64,000 nt of DNA from Eledone cirrhosa (Eukaryota), in assembly GCA_964016885.1 (NCBI GenBank), contig OZ024743.1:58342001-58406000 (forward strand), given 5' to 3'. Under the pieces are notes generated by a model. That model searched no databases. It had not been told where the DNA came from and worked only from the letters and a program-made list of their open reading frames with translations. A program made the position numbers and the translations under genes. Positions 44,701-58,147 of the stretch are shown in pieces (positions within the stretch are counted from its first letter, which is position 1; each line of letters starts with the position of its first letter).

Positions 44701-47561
44701 ATATATATTAATGTTGAAGCATAGTATGATATTTTATTAAGATTCTAATTCGAACTATAATATATTCTTATTTCAAGGACGATATCCTTTCAAACGCTTC
44801 ATCATTGAGAAATATTTTGTCGGAGCGCGGCTAAGAACAACACTGATCTCTTCGAAACTTGGATGTTACGGTGTAAATGGACCAGACAATTTAGCTCTGG
44901 TGAAACAGACAGACAGATGTAAGATATTTAGTGAAAGTTAGAGGTTAAACGATATATATATATATATTATAATCTACTTACATATAGGACCAATTTCTAG
45001 AATGTTATCAAATGCCATCATAGACGTTGAACCCAAAGTTGCGCATATCTGAAAAGGAAGAAGCTTCGTAAAGTATCACTTCTCTGTCGAGTGTTAGTGT
45101 CGGGCATGTGACTAGGATGTCTCGGGAAAGGGGTAGACCCCAAACAAAATTGTTGGATAACATCCATGAGCGTAGCTGGTCTCGCTTGGAGATCCAGCTG
45201 CATCGGTTAGAGACGGTTGCTTCTGACAGAACCTTCTGGAACGAGTTTTTGAGGACTATGCCTCTCAGGAATAGGTGGGTGAAGAAGAAGAAGAAGAAAT
45301 TAAATGGTAGGATCAGAATATATATTACCTACGTAAAATGTGATGAATAAAAATGTAAAATAATTTACGAGACCAAATTTTGTTTATTATCTGGAAGTAT
45401 AATTTATGTGGTTTCATGGACTATTCACATAGTCGTACTATCGACAATATCTCTGCTTGTGAAGCATAGGCAACTAAATTTTTTAGAGACATTATTGGTA
45501 CATGCTGCAAAGTTTCATTTGATTTTGATTGACAGCTGTAGGAATTTTCGGTATAAAAAGTTAAATAGGATTGGAGGTACATCCGGGTAACATTAAATAG
45601 ATAAAGTAGATTATTTTGCGACATATATATATATATCATTGAGGCGATTCAATTAGGCCAATATTCTGAATCACACTACAATCAGCGTAAATGCAACAAG
45701 TACATATCACTGCATGGATATAAATTGCAAATATTTTGCGTATTGGCTTATATAAGCATTTAATAGATAATTGTTCTCACTGATCAGAACTGACCATGTG
45801 TTTGCACCTGGAAATATCCTTTCCATGGTGTAGACTCGGACAATGTGATTTCTTCATATATAATCTCTTTAGTCATCCATGAGTGCTAGCCTCCTCTCTC
45901 TTCGTTGCCAATGGAAATAATCTATTGAGATACCAAGTGTTGTTTATAACTTAAGCATGTTTAATCATTTAAATATATTCTTTAATTGTATGTTCCTATT
46001 TGAGAGGAAAATATTCTTAAAAAGTAAGGTGGGAGAGAGAGCAAGCCTAATTTAATAAGCGATATAATATACGATAAAATATCTTTCACTACTTACGTAA
46101 AAAGGAATAAGACCTTTAGATTTGTCTTCTTTAATAGCTTCCATCAGCCTATCTCCAGAAATCGCCCGGTTATCATCCAATTGAATATTTCGATATTTTA
46201 CCAGAGAAATCCTAAGTGCTTTCTCAAGAGACTCATGTGACTGGAAATATATTTCTTACATATACACCATATACACACAGAAGTAATTAAATGAAATGAT
46301 TGTGTCTGTCTGTCCGTTTATCAGTCAGTAGCTATGTGTTAGTTTATCTAAGCAGGCTCCACTGGTGAGGAGATCCGTCTTCTGTCAACGCCCTTCCAAC
46401 GGAGAGCTGGGCATGCCGTGGCTAAAGAATCGCAAACATGCGCTGAGGCTACGGCATCTCCAGGTATTCCTCACCGACCAACCGGTGTGGGCACCGTTTG
46501 TGAGACAGGCCTTCCCACAACTTGTCTCGCGGACGGAGCTGCAGTCCTAGGTCAAGTGAAGACCGAAGAAGATGGGCGCCTGGCACATTCAATGCGCCCA
46601 GGCGCTCACAGTCCTCTGTCAAGCGGGTACAGCAATCATTGGAGACTCCACTTCGACATTATATAGAGAGTTAGTACTTTACAAGTGCGACTACGTGTTC
46701 GGGGAGACTCTAGTCGTCGAAGACGACGAGCTCACCAGTATGTTCGGTAGGACTTTCTGCCCGGGACCTATGGACAACTTCCAGAGGTCCCTGGCCTGGC
46801 AGTGCTACCGAGGAGCTCTATCCGTTCGAGACAAGATCTACAGGCACGGACGCCCCGACAGGGATCCTTCCAAGAAGACGTGTCCAAGATGCGAGCAGGA
46901 CATTGAAACAGTTTTGCACGCAATTGTACACTGCCCGGGCATAAGCAACCTGTGGAACTATGCAGAACAACTGCTGTCGCGTATAGGACAAATCCAGTTG
47001 ACTGCCAAGTCCATAGTAAGGATCAAACCGCCAGCCTCTTCCAAAAATGGAAGAGAGGCGGTTTTCCTCTGTACACAGGATTTGGTGAAAGAGGTTATAT
47101 GGTGGACGAGATTGAGAGGACTGAGGATAGATGCATTTCTCTCCGGACAACAATTGATTCCCTTCTTTAAGTATCACTTTAGAAGGAGAATCAGAGTGGA
47201 GAGAGAGGCACTGCACCCCAGTAAATTTACTGAAAGGTGGGTGAATGAAGCGAAAATGGCCCGACTGATTGGGCCTTCTCTGTTTATAAGCCTGTCGGTT
47301 AAAGAAGAGAGAAAAAGGAAGAAAGGAGTACTTGAACAACATGCTCCTGAAGTTGAGGGTTGTTCTATCGACGGGGTATTAAACAACCCATTTGTGGCAC
47401 CTCCCCCCTATTGGGGATTTCGATTGTTATAATTGTTTGTTTCAATATTTTTACACGACTGTATGTAAAAACCCCGGCATGTGTCTTTGTATTGTCCCCT
47501 TTTCTTGTGCGCCCTTGTGGCAAATAAAGAAATCTATCTATCTATCTATCTATCTGTTCAA

Positions 47562-47648
<87 letters not shown>

Positions 47649-50600
47649 AGGATAGGGACATGTTAAGCTGTCCACAAATGTTCATGGTTGCCTATTCAGA
47701 TCACAAATTAGTGACCTGTTTAGACAACATTGACAAAACCCATAGACAGGGACCCGGCTACTGGAAGCTGAAGTTGTCGTTACCGAAATGCAAAGCTTAC
47801 AGTAGACGGATTAGCACTTTAGTTAAGCAGCACTTGACGGGGACCATTGTCAACAACAGATGGTGGTACTCTCTCAAGAGGGCAGTTAGATTTGACTCGA
47901 TAGGATTTAGTAAAGAATTAGTGTTAGATAGAAATAAGACCGAAAAGGAACTGGTAGATAAAGTAGAAGAGGCACTTAGGAGTGGCAACGTGGCCAGCGT
48001 GCTCGCGACGAGAACGGCCTTGGACCAGTTCTTCGACCAAAAGCATGAAGGCTGCGTTGTCAGAAGCAAAATACGTGCTCTGGGAAACGAGGGAGCCAAA
48101 GCTGTTAGCTGGGCCCGAGTGACGGAGGCGAAAAGTGGCAACAAGTCCACGATTCGGTCTTTGAAGGACCAAGACGGGCGCGTGATACGTGAGCCGAAGC
48201 AAATGTGCGCGGCTTTTCAGCTGCCCTTTGCTCAACTGTTCGGGCAGGGCGGCGCGCCGAGAGGGGCTATGGATTTCGGTTCATACCTCGACGGCCTACC
48301 GCGACTCTCGGACAGCGAGGCGAAGTTCTGCGAAAGGCCGATTTCGGCCGCTTAGATAGGGGAAGCGCTGAGCCAATGTGGCAAACGCAAATCTCTAGGT
48401 CTCGACGGTCTACCCTACGAATTTTACGTAGCAATGTTGGACTTGTTCTCCGGTCTCCTGGAAGCGGTCTACTGCAACCGGCAGCAGAACGGGAGAATTC
48501 CCAGTTCTGTGACCAAGGACGTAATCTCGTTAGTCAGGAAAGACGAGAACAAGGGGGATGACATAGGCAACTTCCGGCCCATAACTCTGCTCAACACAGA
48601 GTTACAGATTTTGGCCAAGGTGTTGGCAAAGAGGCTGGCGCTTGTCGTCAAAAACTTGGTGGGAGAAGCGCAGACATACGCAATCTCGACCAGGTCCATA
48701 CACGACAATCCCCACCTCATGCGATACATCATAGAGAGGGTAGGGTGTAAACCCGGCTTCGGTGTGGCCCTGATCAACTTGGATCAGTCAAAGACTTTCG
48801 ATAGGGTTGACCATCGTTACCTGGATGCGGTGCTCGAGGCGGCTGGCTTCTGTCCCGTGTTCAGGGGCTGGATTGCTGCAATGCACAACAGCAACATCTG
48901 CTCAAGAGTCAAGGTGAACGGCTACCTCTCGGAGCCGTTCCATATCACGCGATCCTTCCGACAGGGATGCCCTCTCTCCTCCCTTCTGTACGTAGTAACT
49001 CTCGAGCCACTACAGCGGAAATTGGAGCTATTGCAGTGCATCCTGACGACGTGACAGTAATGGTGTCGAGCACCTCGCAAATTGGGGTTTCGTCACCTTA
49101 CTGGAGGAATACGAAAGGTAGTGAAGCTGAACCGGGACAAATCCGTCGGTTTGCAACTCGGAACGTGGAGTGGCAAACTGATGCCTTCCGATGACGTCGT
49201 CGGACGCTGGACGGAAGGACCGCTAAAGTTGCTCGAGGTCTGGTTTGGTCCTGACCTCCAGGTGGAGAATAACTGGAACGAGGTGACGGCCAAGGTGTTT
49301 GCGCTCACCCAGAAGTGGGCCGAGTACAAACTATCCTTGAAAGGTCGAGCGGAGGTGGCGAACACTTTTATAGCGTCCGTCATCTACTACAGCTTGACCG
49401 TTGTGGCTTGTCCAGCCAAAACGCTCACCAAAATGGAGCGCGCGCTCTTCAATTCCTTTGGAAGAAACGGGCTCCTTTGGTGAGAAGATCCATCTGCTGC
49501 CAACACCCTTCAAACGGAGGGCTGGGGATGCCGTAGCTGACGATGCGCAAACACGCGCTTAGGCTGCTGCACCTCCACGTATTCCTCACCAGACAACAGA
49601 ACTGGCCAGTCTGTTCGGTAGGACCTTCCGCCCGAGACCAATGGACAACTTTCTGGCCTGGCAGTGCTATCAAGAAGCTCTACCAGTTCGAGACAAGCTC
49701 TACAGACACGGGCGCCCGGGCAGGGATCCTTCGAAAAAGATCTGTCCGAGATGTGTGCGTGACGCGGAAACCGTCGCGCACGCATTTTTACACTGCCCAG
49801 GCGTTACCGACCTGTGGGGCTATCTAGAACGACTATTGTGGCGGGTGGGACCAATCCAGTTGACCACCGAGTCCATTGTCATGATCGAACCGCCACCCTC
49901 CTTCAAAAACGAGGGAGAGACGATTTTCCTCCTATGTGTTATGGCTATAGTGAAAGAGGTTATATGGTGGACGAGGTTAAAAGGGCTGAGGTCAGACACC
50001 TTTCTCTCTGACGAACAACTGATCGTTTTTTCAAATATCATTTTGGAAGAAGAATCAGGATTGAGAGAGAGGTGCTGTATCCCAGCAAATGTTATAAAAG
50101 GTGGGTAAATGTGGCAAAGATGGCCCGAGTGGTTGGGCCTTCTCTCTATATAAGTCTGTAGGTTGATGAAAAAGAGGAAGAGGGAAAGGAGTACTCTCTC
50201 TTGGTGCTCCTGGAGATGAGGGCTGTACATTTTTTCGGGGTGTGTACAACCCCTGTGTAACGCCCCCCCCCTATTGGGGATTTCAATTGTTATTTGTTAT
50301 TTTATTAATAGTTTTATTTTCACATACCTGTATGTAAACTCCCCATTTGTTCCACACATACGCCAGTCATCGATAATTTTATAAGGTGTGATTGAGAGGT
50401 CTTTAACTACCAATTATTGCCTTTGGAGTAACGTTACTTGAGAGAGTGTGTAGCTTGGATATCAAAGAGTCGCTCCAGGTAGAGCTGCTACGTCTCCAAA
50501 TTGTGAGATCACAACTACAATACTATGGACATTTGGTTAGAATGTTTCAGGAAAGAATCGCTGGACAGATTTTACTAGAAAAACCAATTTGTAGGACACC

Positions 50601-51285
50601 AGGGGCCGACTCCGAGCAAGAGTGATGGATATCATCCATGACCTTAGCTGGTCACGCTTGGGGAACCAGTTGGATTAGTTGGAAACGGTTGCTTCTGTTA
50701 GGAACCATTGGAAGGGGTGTTTTAGCACTCTACTCCCAGAACCTACTCATGAATAAGTGGGTGAAGAAGAAGAAAACGAGAAGAAGAACTGATTGATTGA
50801 TGGATTAACTAGCTGATTAATATAACTGATGTGAAATACAACAGTTGTGTCTATTTTCGTTAACAATGTGACTTACCCCTCCGATAAAATATATTTCAAC
50901 ACAAATTCAGATAAAGAATATTGCAAACCAAATCCCAAATCGAAGTATATACATATGTATGCAAAAAGTAAATAGCAACAAGAAAGCAAATGACAGTACA
51001 ATGAACAAATATATTAGTTTAACGCTGATATAGGAGTAAAGGAGTCTGAAGGTTTCGGACATTAGTCTTTTGTCGGCAAATAGAATCAGAAATAAAAATA
51101 TGGGATATAAAGATAGAGAGTGTGAAAAGGAATGAACGGAAAAAAACATTTGAGAAAAAATATTTGTGTATTCAGTCAGCCATTATATATATACGTATTG
51201 CGATCAACGTTTTACATATAAACACACACGCATTTGTTTTGTTATTTTTGTTCTGTTTACCTTTACATATATACATATGTATATC

Positions 51286-51346
<61 letters not shown>

Positions 51347-53104
51347 AAGCAAATTACAAACGTAAACATGTAAGTATGTCTTTGAAATATATTACATGTT
51401 TACACTGGAAGGTTGTGGTAGAGCACCCAGTCCATGGGACGAGCTAGGTAGAAGTGGTTTAACTCTTTAAAATCCCCCAAAACGAAGTTCACACAGTTTG
51501 ACATTGTCGATTTTTACCCGTCGATCTCAGAGACCCTGTTACACAAAGCGTTGGACTTCGCTACCACTTATACCACCGTCGATGGTTTAGACAGGAAAAT
51601 CATCGCCCACTGCCGGAAACCCTCCTCTTCAACGACGGAGTAGCCTGGGCAAAGAAGTCTACAACTTCAGACCTATTCGACGTCTCCATGGGATCGTTTG
51701 ACAGTGCTGACGTATGTGACTTGGTTGGCCTATTTATTTTAGACATATTACGTGTTAGATTCCCAGACTTCCACACGGGAATATACCGCGACGATGACCT
51801 GACCTTATCGAGCCATAAAAGTGGTCACGACCTCGACCGGTTTAAAAAAGACTTAGCTTCTACCTTCAATGAGTTAGGACTTAGAATAACAGTAGCTACC
51901 AACCTCTCTAACGTAGAGTTCTTAGACATTAATTTATATCTTCACACACACACCTACAGACCCTTTCATAAGCTAAACGAAAAACTTAATTACATTCACA
52001 AGGACTTATGCCACCCTCCCACTGTTTTTAGAAACTTTGTAAATAATATCAGTACTAGAATCTCAAACCTCTCCTCTAATAAGGCTATCTTTGACAGGGT
52101 GGCACCCTACTATAACACGGCGTTAGCTAACAGCGGCTTCTCGCAACCTATCACTTACTCTCCCAGTATCAACAACAGCAATAAGAAAAGAAAGCGCAAC
52201 AATAGACAAACTATCAGGTTCTCTCCTCTATTCTCACTCAAAGTTAAAACCAATGTAGGCAAAATATTTCTAGCCCTCTTAGACAGACACTTTCCCATAG
52301 GTCATAAATACCGCTCCACCTTTAACCGACACAAAGTAAAACTAGGATACTCCTGCGCTAAGAAATGAAGGCCCACATCACCAACAGCCCTAAGAGAAGC
52401 ACCCCACCAGGGTGCTCTTGCCGTAAGCCGGAAGCTTGTCCCATTCAACACCAATGCAACACACCTGCTGTAATTTATGAAGCTGTCGTCACTTACAACC
52501 CACCAAACCAACCACAGGAGGTCAAATCCTATGTGGGCATGTCGGAGTGCCAATTTAAGGAACGTTTCCTGAACTATCAGTCGACCTTTAGGTACCCGGA
52601 CAGACGTTTATCCACGAAACTCGCGAGCCACGTATCAAGAACTCCAGTATAGACTACTCCATTCAATGGAAAGCCATCACTAAGTCCAAGCCATACGCAA
52701 GGGGAAATCCGTCGTGTGGACTGTGTATTGACGAACTAATAAATGTTCTAAAGAGATTATGCAATAATCATTGCCTAAACACGAGAAATGAATTTTTCAC
52801 ACGTTGTCCACACGTCTGGAAACACCTATTGCATAACTACAAAGCTCCGGATTGAATGAATTATTGTAACAACATCAATATTTTTTCTTATCAACTAAAA
52901 ACTTTTCGGACTTTCGCAGTTATCTCCCATACACCTCTAGCACAAGTTTTAGTATTGCCTGTGTGCAGTGACTTGTTTCTGCGCATGCGCGTTCGTACGG
53001 TTGTCCTTCCTGTTCTGTATAACCATGCCCATTACGAGCTGAGGATCCGCTAAGGTGAAACAATTGTTCTCGGTATGGTGAACTAACTGTTGTGTAAACA
53101 CTTC

Positions 53105-53192
<88 letters not shown>

Positions 53193-53355
53193 GATATGTG
53201 TAGATATGTATATGTATATATGTAAAAGGTAAAGAGAACAAAAATTACAAAACAAACGGCACAGCACATGGAAACTAAAACAACTAAAAACAATATCATT
53301 TGTACTGCCTCTCTGTTTTTTGTTCTCTGTTCATTTATTAAACTATATATATATA

Positions 53356-53393
<38 letters not shown>

Positions 53394-54568
53394 ACTTTTA
53401 TAAGGTGTTAACCGATTAGAGTTTTGAAATCCACAATTCAATCAGTTAAAGGTGATGCTTATGGAATAAAATACTCGGTGATATATATTAATCCAAGTTT
53501 GTTTCAGTAGTCCATAGTGGAGTATAGCTACACAATAGTAAATACTAACGATGGCTCATATGGCGTTGTACATACATTATACATACTAGCAGAAAAACGA
53601 ACCTTCGGGTAGTTTTCTACGAGCATGTGATTTGTTCATATTGATATTACATGCAAATATACATGCATGTAGATATGATACGTCAAATAAAATCGTAATT
53701 GACAATATGCACAGAAATTGAACGATGTCTGTGTTACACTCTCTTCTGTAATCAGTAAAGAAATCCATGATTAAAAAAAAGACGATATTATATATAAACT
53801 GCATATGTAATAAATTAAAATGTTATGAAAACGAAAAAGTAGAAAATTAGTGACCGAAATATAAACGTGATATAACGATGCAAATATATGATCGTTTATA
53901 TAAGCGATGTAATAAGCGTTATAATATAACGGACGCTAACCGGAAGTGTTGACATTTGAAAAAATTAAAGAAGTGAATCTTAAAATAAGCAAAACTTTAT
54001 ATATAGGAATATTTGTTTAATCAAGAGCTACGAAATTTAGTAGATACATTACATAATATCCATTCATTATTTATTCAAAGTAATCCAACTTATTTAACAT
54101 TATAAAACATTATAAAACATTATAAAACGGACTGTCCTGCACTCCTCCCTTTATTATACCATAGTTTTATACATATAAATCTAATATGAATATTTCTCAA
54201 GCAACTTCTAATGTTAATCGATATGAAGGGCCCACATATAGCCTTTTACTATTAAGCTACTTAATTTTATCTCTGAATGCTATCTGATGATTTCAGGCTG
54301 ATGTTTACATGGAAATCACACCCACTAATCATCGAGTCCACAGAAAAATATATTATAGCTGAATAAATTTATGCACAAATCCATATGCCATTCGTTAATG
54401 TTTACTGTTCTGTATACATACATACATGATGGCTTCCCCCTCGTTATCGAGTATGGTTATTGCACGAGAAAAAAAATATATATATATACATATATATTAA
54501 TAACAAATAACAAATAAAACAATATTTGTTTCAACACACTATTTCATATAAAAAACCTTGCAAAACAA

Positions 54569-54662
<94 letters not shown>

Positions 54663-57496
54663 ATAGACACATATATATAATATCGTTGACCATACATTTA
54701 ATTCATTTTTCATCATTGAACATACCTCTGTTGATTTATAAGCAATTAGCTTCGAAACAGCGGTTCCATTATCTATTTCGATATCCTCTTCTTGCAATCT
54801 GTGTATGTACATTGTTCTAGCAGCGAAGAGACTCAATATCATACACTCAACGGTTGAACCCTGGTAATAAATATTATAATAGTTGAACAGAATATTTTTT
54901 ATAATAATATTTTTCTTATTAGGATTATATACCTCTGCGATCAAGAAATAAATCACTAAATATCTTTGCTACATGGCAGCGTTGTTGAAATACAGGAAGC
55001 GTAGGAGAAGATCGCATATTGTTATGATTTGGCGTATGTGATTGTGGAGGAAAGAAATCTAGTGTAGTACAGAATTCCCTGCTAAAGATAGCACAATATC
55101 ACAAGGTAAGGTATTTTTAATATGTAGAGAGACACTCCAAGGGTTTGAGATAGGTAGGCCCTCTAATACATGGACATGTGTTAGAAAGCAGGGGAAGAGG
55201 GCAACCAAGAAGATGGTGGATGAGCGACATCTGCGCATTGCCGGATAGGAGTCCCTGGGAGGTAATCAGAATGGCAAAGGACATGACTGCTTGAAAGAAA
55301 TTGCTGAAGGCATTCACGGACCCTTGGTGTCTATGATGCTTTTGATGAGGTTGATTTTGAATGTAGTGTAGAAAATGGTTTCCCAGCTCATTAAAACAGG
55401 AAATTACTTCATGTCAGAGAATGTGTAGTGTAACTTGGAAGAGAATGGAGCCCACATTAAGAAATTGTCAAAGGCACTAAACACCCAGTTGCCGGACTCG
55501 GATATAGATATAAATAGATATCAAATTTGAAAATTCAAATGATATCATAAGTACAGAGATACATCTGTAAGGTTATTTATGGGAATTTACAAAATTACAT
55601 TGAATAGAAGTCGATGCAAAACCATGAGTTTTTACCCTAAATATTAGGTTTAATTTGGGCGCTAAGAATCAAAATATTACAAGATGAAAATACTACAAAT
55701 ACTACAAATGTGCCGGTCGCACTCCGCGCCATGCTGCCCTCAACGAGGTCATTAAGCATGGATTGGATGCTGCAGGTTTCCCTTCCCAGCTCGAGCCGGT
55801 GGGGCTGGATCGAGGGGACGGCAAAAGGCCAGATGGCATGACCATCTTCCCGTTCCGTGGTGGCAAACCCGTCGTCTGGGATGCCACTTGCACCGACACT
55901 TTCTGCAGCCGCAACCTGGTGCAGTCTGAGACTGGCCCAGGTTCGGCTGCACGTCGGGCTGAGGCGACCAAACTCCTCAAATACCGGTCGCTCTCCGACA
56001 GGTTTGCGGTCGTACCCCTGGCAGTGGAGACTTCTGGTGTCCTCGGCCCCAGGGCTACCTCCTTACTCACCACCATAGGCACTGAGCTGCCAACCGCAGG
56101 TTTGAGCCCCGCGAGTTGGAGAGGCTTTTCCAGCGCGTCTCCCTTGCCGTCCTCCGGGGAAACGCCTTCTCCATTCTGTCCGCCGAGGCTGTGGGTGAGC
56201 CCCATCGCGTACCGTTGTAGTTGTTGTAGAAGAGACAGGATGACAACAACTGGAAAGTTTGATTTTCTACTTTATCATTTGCTTTACTACTCATTAACCT
56301 ACAAATACAACACACCAAGGTAGTAACATTTGCACTATACTACACTACACTAGATTATACTACACTATATTATACTACTCTATACTATATTATACTACAC
56401 TATATTATACTACACTATATTACACTGCACTATACTATATAAATATTCTTATGCGTATTGCATTACTTCGTGTGTAACTAGAGATCTTAGTTTGAGATTA
56501 TATGTTCATCATTTAATCAACCACAAGGATATGTAACTAAACGGTCGTATACCCTATCACTCACAATAGTATTACTAATAAGGTCTTACTAATATGCATA
56601 TTATTAGTGCTGGTAGATAAATTTGGTATATATTAAATTGCGACCTGACAAGTTGTAGTATATGAAGAATTCACATACTGCAACTATATATAAACTACAA
56701 GAGCAACCAGACTGCGTGTAAGTGTATATACAGGACATATTTATAAACATACCAAATAATGCATTTGCCTGTTGAATTCAAAATGATTAATTGATTTTTA
56801 AATCTTATTGGCTTCTCATGGGATGTTGATAAACATAGCAGAGGTCCGAAGAGCTTTTCATCCAGAGTCGGACCAGATCAATACAGATCGAACCTTGAGC
56901 TGCTCAATAGTGAAAGGTGCGTCACTGCTCAAAACGTAATGAAGACATAACAAATCGTCCTTTTATTATTATATTTACGCTGCGGTGGATTGGCAGTATC
57001 GGTAGAGGGTCGGAAGCCATGCTTTGCAGCAAAGAGTTACGGCCCTTTACGGTCTGAGTTCAAATCCCGCCGAGGTTAACTTTGCCTTTCATCCTTACGG
57101 GGTCGATAAAATAAAGTACCAGTAATACACTGGGATAATTGGTGGCCTTGTGCCAAAAGTATAAACAATTATTATATTTACACTCTATTTACACTCTGTT
57201 TAGTTCTACACCTCGTTGCAGACGGGAAACTACGCATCAAGTGCTCACTCGAGTGAACCTACAGTAACTGCACGTTACACTCCCTATATATATATATATA
57301 TATATATATAAGGAATGTAACGTGCAGTGAGCACTTGATGCGTAGTTTCCCGTCTGTAACGAGGTGTAGAACTAAACAGAGTGTAAACAGGGTGTAAATA
57401 TAATAATTGTTTATACTTTTGGCACAAGGCCAGCAATTATCCCAGTGTATTACTGGTACCTTATTTTATCGACCCCCGTAAGGATGAAAGGCAAAG

Positions 57497-57552
<56 letters not shown>

Positions 57553-57821
57553 GCTTGACCGGAAACTGCACTGTATAATCAGTTCCTGATTATTATTGGA
57601 ATTCTCTAAGAATCCATCATTCATAATTTTCAGCAAACAGGCGGAGTAGTTAGCTTTGATAAGTACCAACAAGTTCGAAACAGAGCTCTGTCAGCTTTAT
57701 CTCCCCTGTTTGCTGAAAATTGAAGTAAGTGTGACTGTCACTACTCTAAGACAATAGCGTAAGTTCTTCAAAATGCTTTTAATTAAGCATACAGTGTATT
57801 GCAAAATACACTATATATACA

Positions 57822-57861
<40 letters not shown>

Positions 57862-58070
57862 TATATACACATAACGAAGGAAGTGTGGTAAGGAATCAGG
57901 TGGACCATAACACACCAGAGTACTCGATACTTTGGGTAGTAGATTGGATAATAGGAAAATAGTCAGAACCCCGAACGGCAAAGCTCAAGCCGTTTCGACA
58001 GCTATTTTTGGACTAGTCCAGGCGTCTGGGTTCTGACTATTTTCACACACACACACATACACACACACGC

Positions 58071-58101
<31 letters not shown>

Positions 58102-58108
58102 TGCATAC

Positions 58109-58147
<39 letters not shown>

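Noticed and set aside
43313-46240. Copy A as an aldehyde synthase (insect DHPAAS or plant AAS type)
   Set aside because: The His192 and Tyr332 equivalents are both retained.
54280-54330. CTGATGA hammerhead-like core (also near 21125 and 33540)
   Set aside because: No properly placed stem II-GAAA-stem III-UH or stem I pairing.
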